64,000 bases of DNA, taken from NCBI GenBank assembly GCA_020137815.1, contig CM035351.1, forward strand, positions 5,332,001 to 5,396,000, in the 5' to 3' direction. This DNA comes from Hormiphora californensis. Taxonomy: Eukaryota > Animalia > Ctenophora. This document shows positions 26,357 to 43,439 of this stretch, piece by piece. A program made the position numbers and the translations under genes. Below the pieces are notes generated by a model that was not told where the DNA came from, searched no databases, and saw only the letters and a program-made list of their open reading frames with translations. Positions within the stretch are counted from its first letter, which is position 1. Each line of letters opens with the position of its first letter.

Positions 26357-26934
26357 TTGGAGAACAGAGAACCCGGGGTAGGTTGACAAAGGGTAATAAC
26401 AATGTGATGTTGAAATTACCGTATGTTTCTGAAACTGTGAGTGGTGAAATACGTAAGTTTATCACCGCCAGAGCTCTGCCAATCGATTTAGTCTTCACCC
26501 CAGGCACCCGCTTGAGAGACATGCTATGTAGCTCACGTCCTCACGACAATCTAGAGTGTCTTGCGAAAAATTGTAATATTTGTGAAAGACTCGAGAAGGG
26601 CTCGTGTAACACCATGTCACCAGTGTACCAGATAACATGTTTATTGTGTGGTGAAATCTATGTGGGAGAGTCTTGTAGGTCGGTACACGACAGATTGTCA
26701 GAACATTCCCGCAATGCTAACAATCCTAATGCGCCGAGCTACATTGATACCCCTCTAGCCATTCATTACACATCACGTCATAAAAACACACCCCCTAAAC
26801 TCAGTTTTAAGATATTAACCACCGAGAGAAACATTTTAAAGAGGAAAATTTTAGAGGCCATGTATATACAGAAACTGAGACCTGGTATGAACAATAAAGA
26901 GGAATGTTCCGAACTTACGAGATATTTAATTTAA
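26357..26934 (+). CDS. Penelope GIY-YIG endonuclease C-terminal fragment (right arm)
   Basis: Mirror copy of the left arm. The ORF-track N-terminus MSTYPGFSVLQ comes from reading through the opposite arm. Confidence 0.88.
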
Positions 26935-27231
26935 TATTTAGTTGCTGTTGTTGTTGTTGTCCAGTGGGTTCGTGTGTTTGTGTGCGTAATAGTTTGTATT
27001 AATTTGTGATAGTCCTTGTGTATCACCTCATGCACGCCCTATTTGTTTATCACTTCATCTCACCTGCTGTATTGTAACGGTAACTTCAGTTCACTCTGTA
27101 CTGTTCATATGAGACTTGCTCCTCTGTACAGTGTTTAGTTTATTATTAAAGTGCTGATTTATAATTTTATGTTGATTGACGTGTGTGATTTTAGTTTTTA
27201 CTATATATTTATAATTAACACTATTTATTTT

Positions 27232-27276
27232 TGTAGCCCGATGAAGAGGTAGATCCTCGAAACTGGTAGCGTCATT
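27232..27276 (+). ncRNA. Candidate minimal, variant hammerhead ribozyme in the Penelope pLTR (mirror copy ~25436-25480, -)
   Basis: CCGATGA-A-GAGG(tagat)CCTC-GAAAC-TG-GTA: hammerhead-like core with U4C, an extra A and a short stem III; stem I is weak. Confidence 0.45.
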
Positions 27277-27652
27277 ATACCCGTCTGATTCATTTGTCCA
27301 GCCACAGAGAGAATAACAAAAACTCTGAATATCAAACATGAGGCTAATAAACAGTTATCCGATCACCCAACTGTCAACCTCACGGATAGATGTGCGAATT
27401 TTCTATGCAAATACACCCTCACGCCCCTTCATTCGCCAACTCTAAAGACATGTAAAGATATGAGTTTAGCAAGAAACAGCCGTAAGGGTCCAGACTCCAG
27501 TTAGAGATTTTGCGACTGAAGTTAGTTACAATGAAGCAGGCCCCTACTGACACTGCTGACACTGCCGCGCGCGCTACTTTAGATGCAAATCACATCGAAA
27601 ACCCTGCTAGTCAACGAAGATTTGGCGCGCACAGGGACTCTCCCAGCTTGCG

Positions 27653-27711
27653 CCAGTTGCAGATTGGAGGCTGGCGCCAGAAACTGGAGCCAGCCTCCAA
27701 TCTGCAACTGG
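27653..27711. repeat. GC-rich hairpin with ~23-bp stem
   Basis: CCAGTTGCAGATTGGAGGCTGGC ... GCCAGCCTCCAATCTGCAACTGG. Confidence 0.85.
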
Positions 27712-27855
27712 AGCGTACGGCTTCTCTCCGTTAGTAATGGATACAGCTAACGCGTTTCAGAAGGTCCAAGGTCCTGGAGACACTCTCATCCCAAATTTCC
27801 AAAAAAAATTGTCAAACGCGGCTGACACATCCGACAGTGCGGGACGAGCCAGCGC

Positions 27856-28577
27856 TTGGCCTATGCTACAGGCCCTAGAAGCCGTGGAAAACGCGCGCAC
27901 TTGGGGTCTGCAGCGCATGCCAAAGCCAGCGCTTTCCAAAAGAAGAAACTTGAAAAACTGTTTGGCTCTGTTTAAAAAAGTTCTGAGCTTCTATTTAAAA
28001 ACGCTGCGCGTTTCAGCTTTTTTGAAAAAGAGTGCTGCAAATTGGGTGAAATGAGCGCTGCGGCTAAAACACATTTCGAAAACGCTGCAAATGGCGAGCC
28101 GCGCAGTATTTTCACTCGGCGCGGGTTCGGTTAAAGTCGGATTTTTTGAAGTTGTCACCCCCCTTCTCGTGCGCGGAATGTTTTTGCGCGTCACATCACA
28201 TGTTAGCGTGTGGTGTGCGCGTCAAAATTGATAAATTTCACATGCGCGGTCATTTTGGGGTGACAACTTCAAAAAATCCGACTTTATCGTAATTTTTTGC
28301 CTGAACCAAATTTCAAAATCAAGAAAAACGACCCGTTTCCTCCTGTTTTTTCGACTTTTAGGGCACGAAGGAACGGGGAATAAGCGAATTTTTCATTCTT
28401 GATGAGCTGTGGCAAAAGCAACATTGGCTTGGATCATCACATCTGCACTGAAATCAGTTCAAACGCTACGAAAAGCATCATTTGCTTAGCGTATGAACAC
28501 CGGAAAGTCTTGGCATGCGCTGCAGGCCCCAAGTGCGCGCGTTTTCCACGGCTTCTAGGGCCTGTAGCATAGGCCAA
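27856..28577. mobile_element. Non-autonomous TIR element (~68-bp TIRs) with a nested inverted repeat at 28133-28286
   Basis: TTGGCCTATGCTACAGGCCCTAGAAGCCGTGGAAAACGCGCGCAC... is inverted at 28510-28577; inner pair AAAGTCGGATTTTTTGAAGTTGTCACCCC and its complement. Confidence 0.75.
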
Positions 28578-28834
28578 CGGAAAGTCCGGAGACCAAATCC
28601 GGAGACCAAATTCATAGCACCTAAATTGCCAAGTTAGACAATATTTAAACGCGATGACAAAAATTCGCAGTAAATTTCTGCACCATCTCTCTGACCTCAA
28701 ACCTGTTAAAACAAGTTAACGTTGACGGTTGAAGTTGACATCTTTTACTTTGATCAGCGGACAGTGGTGTTTGTCAGCCTGACGAAGAGGATTGGCCCAC
28801 TGTCCCCTGACAATGTCAGGGGACAGTTGGCCAA

Positions 28835-29250
28835 ATGCCAATCCTCTTCATCATTTACATAGCTGACTATTACAGCGAAAAAGGCTCGCTTGCAGAAAAA
28901 ACCAAGCTACTAAACGAATTTGTGTCCGAACACTGTGACTCGGAACTACAGGCAGATTTGGAGCGACTTGTGGTCCACAAGTTGTGGAATGTTCTGCATG
29001 GTGATACACGAAGATAAGTCCGAGACCGATGTGGAATGTGGATCACTATGAACTGAAAAACATCACGCTTCTACGAGCCCTTTACCAATGAACTACGATC
29101 GTACTTCACACCTCGACAAACAACATCGATCCAACGAAATAGGTTAGAGATCTTGGAGTCTTGCTCTCAGATGTCTGCTCTTGGACACATCAAGGATGGC
29201 TGCATGAGTATCAAATTCAACCTGACTTGAAACACTGAAAACGCCAGCTT
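28835..29250 (+). pseudogene. Decayed LINE RT fragment
   Basis: PILFIIYIAD motif followed by a degenerate ILGVLL...W segment; stops and frameshifts. Confidence 0.55.
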
Positions 29251-29399
29251 TACTGACCGCTCAGTAATTTGTTTGCCTTGTTCGACCCTCCCTGAACAAA
29301 ACAACAATTATGTTCTAACCCTCCTTAATATTTGTATCAAAGGATAGGAATGAAAGGAAAAAGTGGTTTAAAATTATACTGATAACAGTCAAATTATAT

Positions 29400-29860
29400 A
29401 TAAACACACTGTGGCAATAAATTAAACATACTATAAATTAATATTTATACTACTAGAATAGAAAGGGGTAATTGTCTTCCCACGGTTACCCCGGAGGCTG
29501 ATAATGAGAGTTTTGAGGAGACAAAGATAGCCTCTGCCGGATGTAGCGCACCGCATCAGGGATAGATTGTTTGGTTTTCCCGGAAAGGAGAACTGCCAGT
29601 CTGCGGTAGAACCTTTCTGCGTCGCGTCCCATGGTTCCGGTGGTGGAGAACACAATGGGTGTGAAAGAGGCTTTTTCTACTTCCAGGGTTCGTTCATTAT
29701 ACACCCTCTTTTTCTCTTTTTCGTGAGAAGCCAGGGCTGATTTCAATGACTTTTTGATGTTAGAATCGGCACGTGAGTTAAACACTCCATGTCTACCCAT
29801 ACCTTCCTTGCAGACACGTCAAGCCTGGCTTGATCGTCGGTGTTGGCACTCTTGTATTTG
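29400..29860 (-). mobile_element. 3' fragment of a restriction-like-endonuclease (CRE-type) non-LTR retrotransposon
   Basis: ANTDDQARLDVSA, VFNSRADSN..HEKEKKRVYNER..EVEKASFTPIVFSTTGTMG..ERFYRRLA; frameshifted. Confidence 0.78.
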
Positions 29861-29959
29861 AAAGATAGAGAGATTTGATTTTTGAAAGATAGAGAGATTT
29901 GATTTTTCCGGGAAAAGCAGGGGTAACCGTTCTAATTAAAACGGAACAAAAATGAGATT

Positions 29960-30306
29960 TCATCTAAGAATCGGGTCACTGCGTAGCTCAGGCCTTCTAG
30001 GGTAGGATGATAGTAGTGCAGGCTACAAATGTTTAGTCGCTAGAGAACTTACACTCTGGGCTGCATGGTTATGGAACACATTACCGAGAGAGGTCAACAC
30101 GGCAGAGACATTGGATATATTCAAGGTCATACTGGGACGGTGGCTTGATCAGTACCATGACAATCTACCCGTTACTCCACCCGTTTTTAAGAATTATAGT
30201 TCTTAAGATTTTGAAGAAGTAATTCGAGTTTAGGGGGGAGGACACCGTTTATATTTTGTAATAAAGTTGTTTCATCAATGGATATCAAGTTTATCAAGTT
30301 CAAGTA
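29960..30306 (+). mobile_element. CR1/L2-group LINE 3' remnant
   Basis: LWNTLPREVNTAETLDIFKVILGRWLDQ at ~30069-30152, then AATAAA and a (TCAAGT)-like tail. Confidence 0.65.
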
Positions 30307-31092
30307 CTTCCCGTTCCTTCACGCCAATCATGTACTGCTTAGTCTATTCAGGCCACGTGCGTGTAACCCACCCGTTGATGTCCGCTGAAACTTCGATTGC
30401 TGCCCTTTAGTATTCACATGATTTTAGGGTCCGACTCACAGTGTATGATACTGAATCAACCATATTCATTATTATTTAAAAGATGTAAGTACAGTTTTGT
30501 TACTATTCCAGTTCGGCTGGTAACCATCTGTCTGGTCCTGTCTCTAACTTTTTAACGTTAAGTGTGCTCCCTCTTGCTTACCCTCTCTCCCTTGTTGTCC
30601 CGCTCTCCCTCTCTCTTCTGTTGCTCTCTCTACCTCTCCTACAGTCATTGAGGATTCGCTCTTTCATTGATATATCAATATGGGATCTCTCGCATTTAAT
30701 TGGTAATTTTGTAGTATGCAAAAAAGAATAAAGAGTTTATTTGAAAATTTTATTAGGATTTGTAACTACTTGTCTACTGAAAACTGATAGCCATGTTGGT
30801 AACCATTATGGTAACCACTTGGTTTATTGGTTACCAGTATTGTTGAATCCTGCCGAGAACCCTTCAAACAACATAACTACTTGCCAATTTTATCAATTCT
30901 ACAGGCCCCACTCCCTCCCTACATTTGTATCTCTATTTTCAATGTTTTCTTTCGAACATGTCACTCTCTAACATGTCACTTTCTAACATGTCATTTTCTA
31001 ACATGTCACTTTGTTTTATAGGCTAATGAAAAACACTGTTTAGCTGCGAGACATGAGCAAAGGGCAGGATCAGTTCTCGCACGCTGAGGTTA

Positions 31093-37160
<6,068 letters not shown>

Positions 37161-37295
37161 TGAACTGTGTTTGAGCTTTCTCTTTTAAACTATGTGTATC
37201 TATGGAATTTTAGATCATAGTGTGTGCGTGTGATGAGTGTTCGGTGGGTGTTGTTGGTTCATTCCCACTGGAAGAGATGACAGTTATAGAACATG

Positions 37296-37389
37296 ATCCG
37301 AATCAGGAAACACTGGTCCCTGATTGGCTGATAACCAGTCAGGTGACCTAAATAACGAGTTCTGATTGGTTGTTTACTTGTTTCGGTCA
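37296..37389. mobile_element. ~100-bp MITE family copy (CAGGAACCGA...TCGGTTCCTG termini)
   Basis: Core CCCTGATTGGCTGATAACCAGTCACGTGACCTAAATAACGAGTTCTGATTGGTTGTTTAC shared with 39249, 49727 and 62531. Confidence 0.85.
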
Positions 37390-37536
37390 TGTTCCCTAAC
37401 TGTATCCTCCCTGTGTGGGATACCAAAAACATCCCCTTTCTGCTGCGTACATGTGTGTGTGTGTTTTTTCGTTAGTCGTATTTGATGTAGGTACATGTAT
37501 AGTGATCTTGAGGGAGTGATTTTTTTATTGGGAGGG

Positions 37537-37539
<3 letters not shown>

Positions 37540-37590
<51 letters not shown>

Positions 37591-38195
37591 AGAGTGAGAT
37601 AGAAACTAGAGAGTGGGTGTGTGAGTGAGTGAGTGAGTGAGTGAGTGAGTGAGTGAGTGAGTGAGTGAGTGAGTGAGTGAGTGAGTGAGACTGAGTGAGT
37701 GAGTGAGTGAGTGAGTGGGTGTGTGAGTGAGTGAGTGAGTGAGTGAGTGAGTGAGTGAGTGAGTGAGTGAGTGAGTGAGTGAGTGAGTGAGTGAGTGAGT
37801 GAGTGAGTGAGTGAGTGAGTGAGTGAGTGAGTGAGTGAGTGAGTGAGTGAGTGAGTGAGTGAGTGAGTGAGACTGAGTGAGTGAGTGAGTGAGCGAGTGA
37901 GTGAGTGAGTGAGTGAGTGAGTGAGTGAGTGAGTAAGAGTGAGTGAGTGAGTGAGTGAGTGAGTGAGTGAGTGAGTGAGTGAGTGAGTGAGTGAGTGAGT
38001 GAGTGAGTGAGTGAGTGAGTGAGTGAGTGAGTGAGTGAGTGAGTGAGTGAGTGAGTGAGTGAGTGAGTGAGTGAGTGAGTGAGTGAGTGAGAAAGAGTGA
38101 GTGAGTGAGTGAGTGAGTGAGTGAGTGAGTGAGTGAGTGAGTGAGTGAGTGAGTGAGTGAGTGAGTTAGTGAGTGAGTGAGAAAGAGCGAGAAAG
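37540..38195. repeat. (GA)n plus (GAGT)n microsatellite
   Basis: Read directly. Confidence 0.97.
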
Positions 38196-38727
38196 AGTGA
38201 GATAAGAGTTGTGATTCCCAGATTAAACACTTGAACGGATTGAGACACCCCTTTTTCTATCTATCTTTTTTGATCATGAAAAGCAAGATAGAAAGGAGTG
38301 TAATACAGTAATTCGTTCCCATAATATAATGTCGTTCTTTGTGTTATATATAATATATCAGAGATCTCGTGTCAGTGTTATCGTCTTTCTAGATTTTTAC
38401 CAGGCTTCATTTTTATGCAGCTTCCATTATGTTCCTGTAGAAAATTAATTAATTAATTAACGGTCATTTGGTAATAATACACGTCGTTATATTGAGCAGC
38501 CGTCACAGGGAGAGAGAGAGACTTTAGATTTATCATTTTGAGGGTTGAATACCGTGTGTCATATACAAGATATAATATTGTAAAACGTTAATGAGTACAC
38601 ACACACACATAATATATGGGCCATGATATTATCTTAACCCCTTCAGATCTTCCAGATTCATTTCACTTAAATAACATTACGAATAATATATTACATACAT
38701 GGGATATGTTTCTATAACACTTATATA

Positions 38728-38832
38728 TAGTCGGACCTCGATTTACCGGAAACCGGGAGGATAAACGTCCACCGATATATATGAAATGAACGGAATTTTG
38801 CCCGAGAATCTCGGTAAATCGGGGTCCGACTG
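38728..38832. mobile_element. Tc1/mariner-type MITE
   Basis: AGTCGGACCTCGATTTACCG / CGGTAAATCGGGGTCCGACTG with TA flanks. Confidence 0.75.
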
Positions 38833-39248
38833 TATAACACTATTCAGGTGTCTTATGTGACCCTAATTCTTTGGGGTTTACAAGACGCCTCACAAACTGC
38901 AGCGGGTGCTCATAAAATGTAACATATTGTGCATTGTAATTTTAGTGTGATCGTCATAAACAACTGAGAAGTATCGAACTGAACCACATGATTTGTTTTT
39001 GGATAGGAGAGCTGAGAGAGATAGAGAGAGAGGGAAAGAGAGATACACAAATATTCGATTTCTTTGTGTTTGATATTTCGACGTTATATATACGATCTAC
39101 TTATATGCTTCAATTTGATGGTACACACGTTTTTTGTAGAGATTTTGTGGTGTCAAAAGAAAGTGAAATTTAGAAAGAAACATTGCACTACTACCCCTAT
39201 TATACAACAGTAAGATTTCTTGTTTTATTTCTACCCCCGTCTAACTAA

Positions 39249-39337
39249 CAGGAACCGACCGAATCAGTAAATACTGGTCCCTGATTGGCTGATAACCGGT
39301 CACGAGACCTAAATAACGAGCTCTGATTGGTTGTTTA
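39249..39337. mobile_element. ~100-bp MITE family copy (truncated)
   Basis: Same core as 37296 and 49727. Confidence 0.85.
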
Positions 39338-40083
39338 ACTAAAGTCAAGATTTTAATCATGTGAACCCGTGGCACGCAATTCTTTCTTTTTCTGTCAGAG
39401 CATTGGCCTGACTCTATTCTCATTTCTTTCAAATAAACGGACCACGCGTGAACTGCGGTCAGAGCATTGGTCGGACAGTTGTTTTTGGTTACCACTCCGG
39501 TGACTAATTTGTGCCCATGGTTCACATTATTAAAATCTCGATTGGAACAAACATCATCGATATTGCACACACCATTTGGCCAAAATTTGGGGTTAACATT
39601 TAGCCTAAAATGGACGTTAACCCCAATAAATCAGGACTGGTGGGGTCTAGAACATCCATCATAAGGGGGCATCCGGTTTTAGACAAAAGTAAACACGTTG
39701 GTTTTCCGGTCTTAATGAATTAGTAACGGTGTTGACAATCACATGTAATCTCATAGAACTGAATAAGTCTGAATCTCACGAAGTGACGAAGAGTCCCGAA
39801 CACAAAAACTCTGTACCCTTTATACTCTCTTAGAGAGTCTCTATCCACGTGGTCCCTAATGGGCACGTGACCTGCAGTAAGCTGTCTTCGGGTTCGGGTT
39901 ACTGACTCGAGGTGGTTTCCTGGAGATAATTGGGTCCATGGGGGGGGGGGGTCGTGGGGGTCCATGGTAAACCATCTCGAGTAACACCTAGCTAGACATC
40001 GCCCTGATTGGGGAGAGTCACGTGATCGGTCTAAGAGGCCGGCTCATGTGACACCCACCCAAAAAGGGTTACACATAGTACAA

Positions 40084-40657
40084 CATTGTACCAAAGGCTT
40101 CGTCTTGCCTTGATAAAACTTGAAACTTCCTGCAAAGTTTTATGTCGTTACTCCAACTACTTTTTGATTTTTTGGGGGTTTACAAATATGCCGAAGATGC
40201 CCTTTTTGCCTCTAACTTGTCTCTTTTTTGAGACCTCGTGCCTCACTTCCTGAGATAACGGTGCCGATAGGACTCAGACAAGTAGTTGATTAAGAGACCA
40301 TGCCGCACGTGCCAATGTGCTGCGCACAGCAGGCGTTCATAACTACAAACGCCTGCTATTTCTCGTCGAATTCCACGTCGAAGTTCACGTCGAGATGTGG
40401 CAATTATGTCGGATGACCACTGTGAGATAACGGCGCGGATAGGACTCAGACCTTGCCGTTTGGCAAGTAGTTGAATAAGAGACCATGCTCCATCTATTTG
40501 GTGTAGCGTTATCTCAGGAAATGAGGCACGAGGTCTCAAAAAAGAGACAAATTAGAGGCAAAAGGGCATTTTTGGCATATTTTGTAAACCCCCCAAAAAT
40601 CAAGAAGTAGTTGGAATAACGACATTAATAAGGCAAGACGAAGACTTTGGTACAATG
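40084..40657. mobile_element. Foldback non-autonomous element with ~150-175-bp imperfect TIRs
   Basis: 40084-40260 is the reverse complement of 40507-40657; internal direct repeat GATAGGACTCAGAC..AAGTAGTTGA.TAAGAGACCATGC. Confidence 0.8.
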
Positions 40658-40981
40658 ATGGATATTCTAGAGCCACCGACCAAAAGAAAATTTTCAAACC
40701 TGTTTCAGAAAATTTCCGAAATTTTTTCGGAGGGCCAAATTTGCAAAATTTACCAAAATTTTGTCGATTTACTTTTAGGGTACCCTCCAAGGACGCAAGT
40801 TAAGGGGGGGGGGGTACCTAGCGGGTTTCTGACCAATAAGCAAACATTTTGGCATGCCCCCTCCATCCCCCGAAGAGATGTTAGCCCCGTACTTCTGGCC
40901 TCTTTTATTTCAAACTCATACTGAGGGGAGGCCGATCTGACCACCCCCTAATTTCATATCTCAGAAAATATTAGACGTACA

Positions 40982-41350
40982 AAGCAAAGCAAAAGCAAAG
41001 CAGGCCGGCTAGGATAAATCCAGTGCCGGGGGTGCTGATATCCCTTTCAGCCACGGTCTTTCCGGTACAGATTTCTCTGCAGCGTAGCCAGGCGCCACCC
41101 CACATCATACGCACTCGTGTTGCTTTTTGTCCTACACTGACTGTACTACGCGGCCTCGTGTAGCCGCACCGGGCCTTCGGCCCGGTGCGGAGAGGAGGGT
41201 CTCATATGAGACAAGTTGCTTTCGGGTCTCTCAAGAGAGCCACTACCAATCATAGCTTGGTGGAATAGACTACATGTGCTAGACCAGGATCGAACCCTGG
41301 ACCTAATACATGGGAGGCGAGTGTACTGGCCATTACACCACCCTGCCGTC
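40982..41350 (-). mobile_element. tRNA-Gly-derived SINE with (CTTTG)n tail and 10-bp TSD
   Basis: Minus-strand head has A box TGGTGTAATGG, CTCGCCTCCCA anticodon-arm remnant and B box GGTTCGATCC. TSD TAGACGTACA at 40972-40981 and 41351-41360. Confidence 0.88.
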
Positions 41351-41473
41351 TAGACGTACAGATTCCCAATAAACGGGAGCTAACTTTGCGTTACAAAAAA
41401 TAGATCGTTATCTCGTCATTTACACGATTAGATTCCCCAGAATAGATCATTCACATGAGCCATGATTAGATTC

Positions 41474-41561
41474 CCCAGAACACCTGTTTCTAACCCCTGC
41501 ACAGTTAAAATACCCCCAGAACGCCTGTTTCTAACCCCTGCACAGTTAAAATACCCCCAGA
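41474..41561. repeat. ~41-bp tandem repeat upstream of the zinc-finger gene (paralogous copies at ~43440-43555)
   Basis: CCCCAGAAC[A/G]CCTGTTTCTAACCCCTGCACAGTTAAAATAC x2. Confidence 0.8.
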
Positions 41562-41603
41562 GCAACTCAACTAAAACTCGTCCTATTTCTCATTTTTAGG
41601 AGA

Positions 41604-42965
41604 ATGGAAAAAAGGAAGCAGCCTACCCGAAAGTGCAAGGATTTGTTGAGTAAGGGGTGGAAGGAGACAAGCAAGGATGGCAATTTACAATCAGCCGATA
41701 TTTTACAGAGGGATGATCCAGATCAGGGTATTACTGATTTTTCTCCACGACCTTTCATAAAAACAGAACAGATCGTAGTGAACACCGACCCACCAGTGGA
41801 AACAGAACCAGCTGGCATGTACCCTGGCGGAATCAAATGTGAACCAGACGTTGATTATAAAGTTGAACCTATTTTATTAACTCTCAAAACGGAACCAGTT
41901 GACCCTGAACATTTGGGAATCTTGCCTAGTTGTGATAACTTGGAACCGAGTGCATGTTCTTCTTCCGTCCCTGATTCTTCTAACCCATCATCTCTTTCAT
42001 TTCCACTTCCAGAAAATGGTAAGTTGATTGATGTTGGATGAGAGAACTTCAACCCAGTAGTTACTAAATTATTTCTCTATCTGGTTTCCTTTTCAGGCGG
42101 AGGAAGTGAAGAAATTAATTTCTCTCCAGATGATTCTCAAACAGAACTGGCAGGCCCGAGTGAAGTGAACATTGCACCTACACCGGTTGATAAACGACTA
42201 TATCAATGTGGTGATTGTGGAAAAAGGTTTACCAAGTCTAATTACCTCAAAAAACACATGATGATCCACACTGGAGAACGGCCACACAAGTGTGAGATTT
42301 GTGGTAATGAGTTTACTTGGTTATTTAGCCTCAGAATTCATATGAGCCATCATATCGGGGAAAGACCCTACAAATGTGAGGCGTGTGGAAAAGGGTTTTT
42401 TAGTTCTTCTACCCTCGAATGTCATATGGCAGATCATGCCAGAGAACGGGCACGGCTCCACAAATGTTTGACATGTGGTAAAGGGTTTAATAGGTCTTCT
42501 ATCCTTAAATCTCACATGAAGACTCATACTGTAGAACGGCCGTACAAATGTCAAGATTGTGGCGAAGGATTTTTCCGTTATCCACGCTACAGGAACCACA
42601 TGACGATCCATACTGGAGAACCTCCTCACAAATGTGAGGTCTGTGGAAAAGGGTTTTTAAGTTCCTCTAACCTCAAAAACCATATGATGATTCATACTGG
42701 AGAACGGCCCCACAAATGTAAGGTGTGTGGGAAAGGGTATATCCAGTCTTTTAATCTCAAAACCCACATGATGATTCATACTGGAGAACGGCCCCACAAA
42801 TGTAAGGTGTGTGGAAAAGGGTTTACGGAGTCTAGTTCCCTCAAAAATCACATAAGGATACATACTGGAGAACGGCCGTACAAATGTGAAGTCTGTGGCA
42901 AAGGATTTACCCAGTTATCTAACCTTAAGATCCATGTTAGAATCCACACCAAGAAATCTGAGTGA
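41604..42965 (+). CDS. C2H2 zinc-finger protein, 9 fingers, 2 coding exons
   Basis: Intron 42019-42096 (G|gtaag..tttcag|GC) joins the two ORFs in frame; nine CxxC-x12-HxxxH units with TGERP linkers. Confidence 0.93.
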
Positions 42966-43207
42966 ACTTCGAACTGTGAAAGTACTAAAAAATGTTTCAT
43001 CGTTTTCTATTGTCTTGATACTGATAGGCCCATTAACTACCTATACAGGACAATAAAGCTTGACCGACAATCTAGTGCCTCCACAAAGACCACAAACAGT
43101 ATCAGAGAAGTTTCATTTGATTTTGGTGCTAAGCTTTACTGGTATTTTAGCGATTATGTCTCATACCAAAGCTCAGACCACAGACTTTAAATGACGAAGG
43201 TTACGCT

Positions 43208-43354
43208 CCAGTTGCGCAAAATTGAAACTGACATCAGTTTCAAATTTTGTAGTTGGTCCAGTTGCAAAATTGAAACTGACATCAGTTTCAAATTTTGTAG
43301 CTGGTATAGTTGCAGAGTTGAAACTGACATCAGTTTCAAATTTTGTAACTGGTC
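43208..43354. repeat. Three tandem ~48-bp units, each internally palindromic
   Basis: AAAATTGAAACTGA-CA-TCAGTTTCAAATTTT core x3. Confidence 0.9.
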
Positions 43355-43439
43355 CCTTATAACCCACAGAGTTATTATTCCCCCTTGAACACTTTTATGT
43401 AATCAAATTAATTTTTTAAATCATTCTTTGTTTCTTGGT

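Larger units (their letters stand above)
25383..27376. mobile_element. Young Penelope-like element insertion arranged as a perfect palindrome (two inverted 3' fragments) plus a 43-bp tail
   Basis: Arms 25379-26355 and 26357-27333 are reverse complements around a single A at 26356. Direct repeat ACCTCACGGATA at 25371-25382 and 27377-27388. Confidence 0.92.
22560..27470 (+). mobile_element. Old, decayed Penelope-like element (host of two later insertions)
   Basis: Frameshifted RT motifs AYFEFN and MGSPLAMVLAD (~22610-22670) and thumb motif TSFHRKPTHPNLYLNYKS. The frame HSVIQSL|THRAYNICPPQHFEGEL continues seamlessly across the removed LINE (22962 to 25026). Outer limits are approximate. Confidence 0.75.

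Noticed and set aside
26323-26389. Two overlapping divergent 203-aa genes with their own start codons
   Set aside because: The starts are artefacts of the palindrome centre; both are 5'-truncated PLE fragments.
41278-41349. Functional tRNA-Gly gene
   Set aside because: Acceptor and anticodon stems pair poorly, and it is the head of a TSD-flanked SINE.
43208-43354. CRISPR array
   Set aside because: No unique spacers, no cas genes, eukaryotic context.
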